A stretch of 64,000 nucleotides of DNA from Candidatus Bathyarchaeota archaeon. Its GTDB lineage: Archaea > Thermoproteota > Bathyarchaeia > Bathyarchaeales > Bathycorpusculaceae. The stretch is from assembly GCA_963767735.1 (NCBI GenBank), contig CAVYES010000006.1:192001-256000 (forward strand), in the 5' to 3' direction. Positions 62,933 through 64,000 of this stretch are shown in pieces; positions within the stretch are counted from its first letter, which is position 1, and each line of letters begins with the position of its first letter. Made by a program: the position numbers and the translations under genes. The notes below the pieces were generated by a model. That model was not told the DNA's origin. It worked only from the letters and a program-made list of their open reading frames with translations, and ran no database searches.

Positions 62933-63759
62933 ATCAGCATCAACACTCCTGCAATCAAAATAAGCGTAACTGCCCTAGCCACCTCGTTGGTTGCCCCAAT
63001 CATGTCGCCTGAAACTCCGCCGAAAACGTTTTCCGCAACTTTCTCCATAACGAGCGCCACTGGAATGCTGACTAAAACCAATCCGACGGCAACTAAACCT
63101 AAAAACGGTTTACCCGTCAAACCAAAAAACGGGTAGACAATCAAAATAGAAAGCGCGTAAGCGATAATATTGAGTTTCTTTTTGGCTTTTTGAAGGAAAA
63201 TAGAACCTAACCCTTTATGTGTAGGTTTCCCCACCCAAACAATCGTAACCATAGCTAATTTCGCTGAGAGTTCAGCCGCAACTATACCTCCGAAAGCATA
63301 AAGCGGGTTAATTAAAAATAAGCCTGCGAAAGCGGCAAACTCGACAATAATCGCGAGCAGTGCTCCCCAGTAAGTTACCGTCCAAGCGTGGGCAACCATT
63401 TTGCGGTCATGCAAATTTCTAAGCCCAAACGCGTTGCCTAAATCGATTAAGCCGTCAAAATGTTGGAGTCCAGTTACGACAAGCAGAAAAGCCACGGTCA
63501 TCGCGGAAACCGCTAGCTTTGTCAATAAGTCAGTTGGCAAGGCAATGATCGGGTTAACTAGGTTGAGTAGGAAATGAACGATGATGCTTGCGCCGATGAA
63601 GTAAGCGCCGGCCAGTATGCCTATGATAGCGCCAATAAATGGGAAAAGGTACATGTGCTCGGCTGTGGTGAAAATGAAATCTTCCTTTCCGCCCACGGGG
63701 ATTATTGTTAGGAAAGACAGTAAATCCCTAAAAGTTTTTATAGCTTTCAGCGGCGACAT
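62929..63759 (-). CDS. cobS: Adenosylcobinamide-GDP ribazoletransferase
   Basis: FLTIIP, TGLQHFDGLIDLGNA, GLG..F, FGGVSGDMIGATNE. Confidence 0.92.
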   Translation of the reverse strand: MSPLKAIKTFRDLLSFLTIIPVGGKEDFIFTTAEHMYLFPFIGAIIGILAGAYFIGASIIVHFLLNLVNPIIALPTDLLTKLAVSAMTVAFLLVVTGLQHFDGLIDLGNAFGLRNLHDRKMVAHAWTVTYWGALLAIIVEFAAFAGLFLINPLYAFGGIVAAELSAKLAMVTIVWVGKPTHKGLGSIFLQKAKKKLNIIAYALSILIVYPFFGLTGKPFLGLVAVGLVLVSIPVALVMEKVAENVFGGVSGDMIGATNEVARAVTLILIAGVLMLI

Positions 63760-63805
63760 ATACCCTACAACTATCTAAAGATAATATAGACTTTGTCGTG
63801 ATTAT

Positions 63806-64000
63806 ATGGGGGAACTTAAAGAGAAAAAAATACTAGTCACTGGCGGCGCGGGGTTTATCGGCTTTCATTTGTGTAGTAGGCTATCGGGACTAACGTCCGA
63901 CTTAACAATTTATGATAACTTATCAAGCGGCAAAAAAGAAAACGTAAAAGACGTCCCAAACGCCAAATTCATTAAAGGCGACATTTTGGACCTCAAAAAA
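63806..64000 (+). CDS. NAD-dependent NDP-sugar epimerase/dehydratase, 5' part (runs off window end)
   Basis: MGELKEKKILVTGGAGFIG...YDNLSSGKKEN...FIKGDILD. Confidence 0.88.
   Translation, partial: MGELKEKKILVTGGAGFIGFHLCSRLSGLTSDLTIYDNLSSGKKENVKDVPNAKFIKGDILDLKK

Overview
Archaeal chromosomal fragment, most likely Bathyarchaeia. This is inferred from the archaeal-type ThrRS/ProRS, TFE, aMBF1, Trm56, NAC, CobY, an arcadin-1 homolog and the large PQQ-like surface proteins. Positions 1-22.3 kb are mostly housekeeping: rtcA, acyP, tag, PadR-ABC, proS, aor, aminotransferases, thrS, and the NAC-PUA-aMBF1-hflX-trm56-tfe-HD-DUF2110 block. After an AT-rich gap with a decayed tRNA-like stretch (~23.35 kb) comes a ~40 kb region that is unusually dense in radical SAM genes, nine in total: six cobalamin-binding (class B), two SPASM-type (one resembling the GMGT-synthase family) and one HemN-like. 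They are interleaved with cobamide nucleotide-loop genes (cbiB, cobD, cobY, cobS), two DUF71/Dph6-like PP-loop ATPases, four glycosyltransferases, an NDP-sugar epimerase, DUF362, a SAM methyltransferase and three membrane-anchored PQQ-like beta-propeller proteins. The best hypothesis is a B12-supplied cell-envelope tailoring system acting on tetraether lipids and/or glycans. At least a dozen genes, including the essential thrS, are split by single-base frameshifts, which are most likely long-read errors. All family assignments come from motif recognition; no database searches were run.
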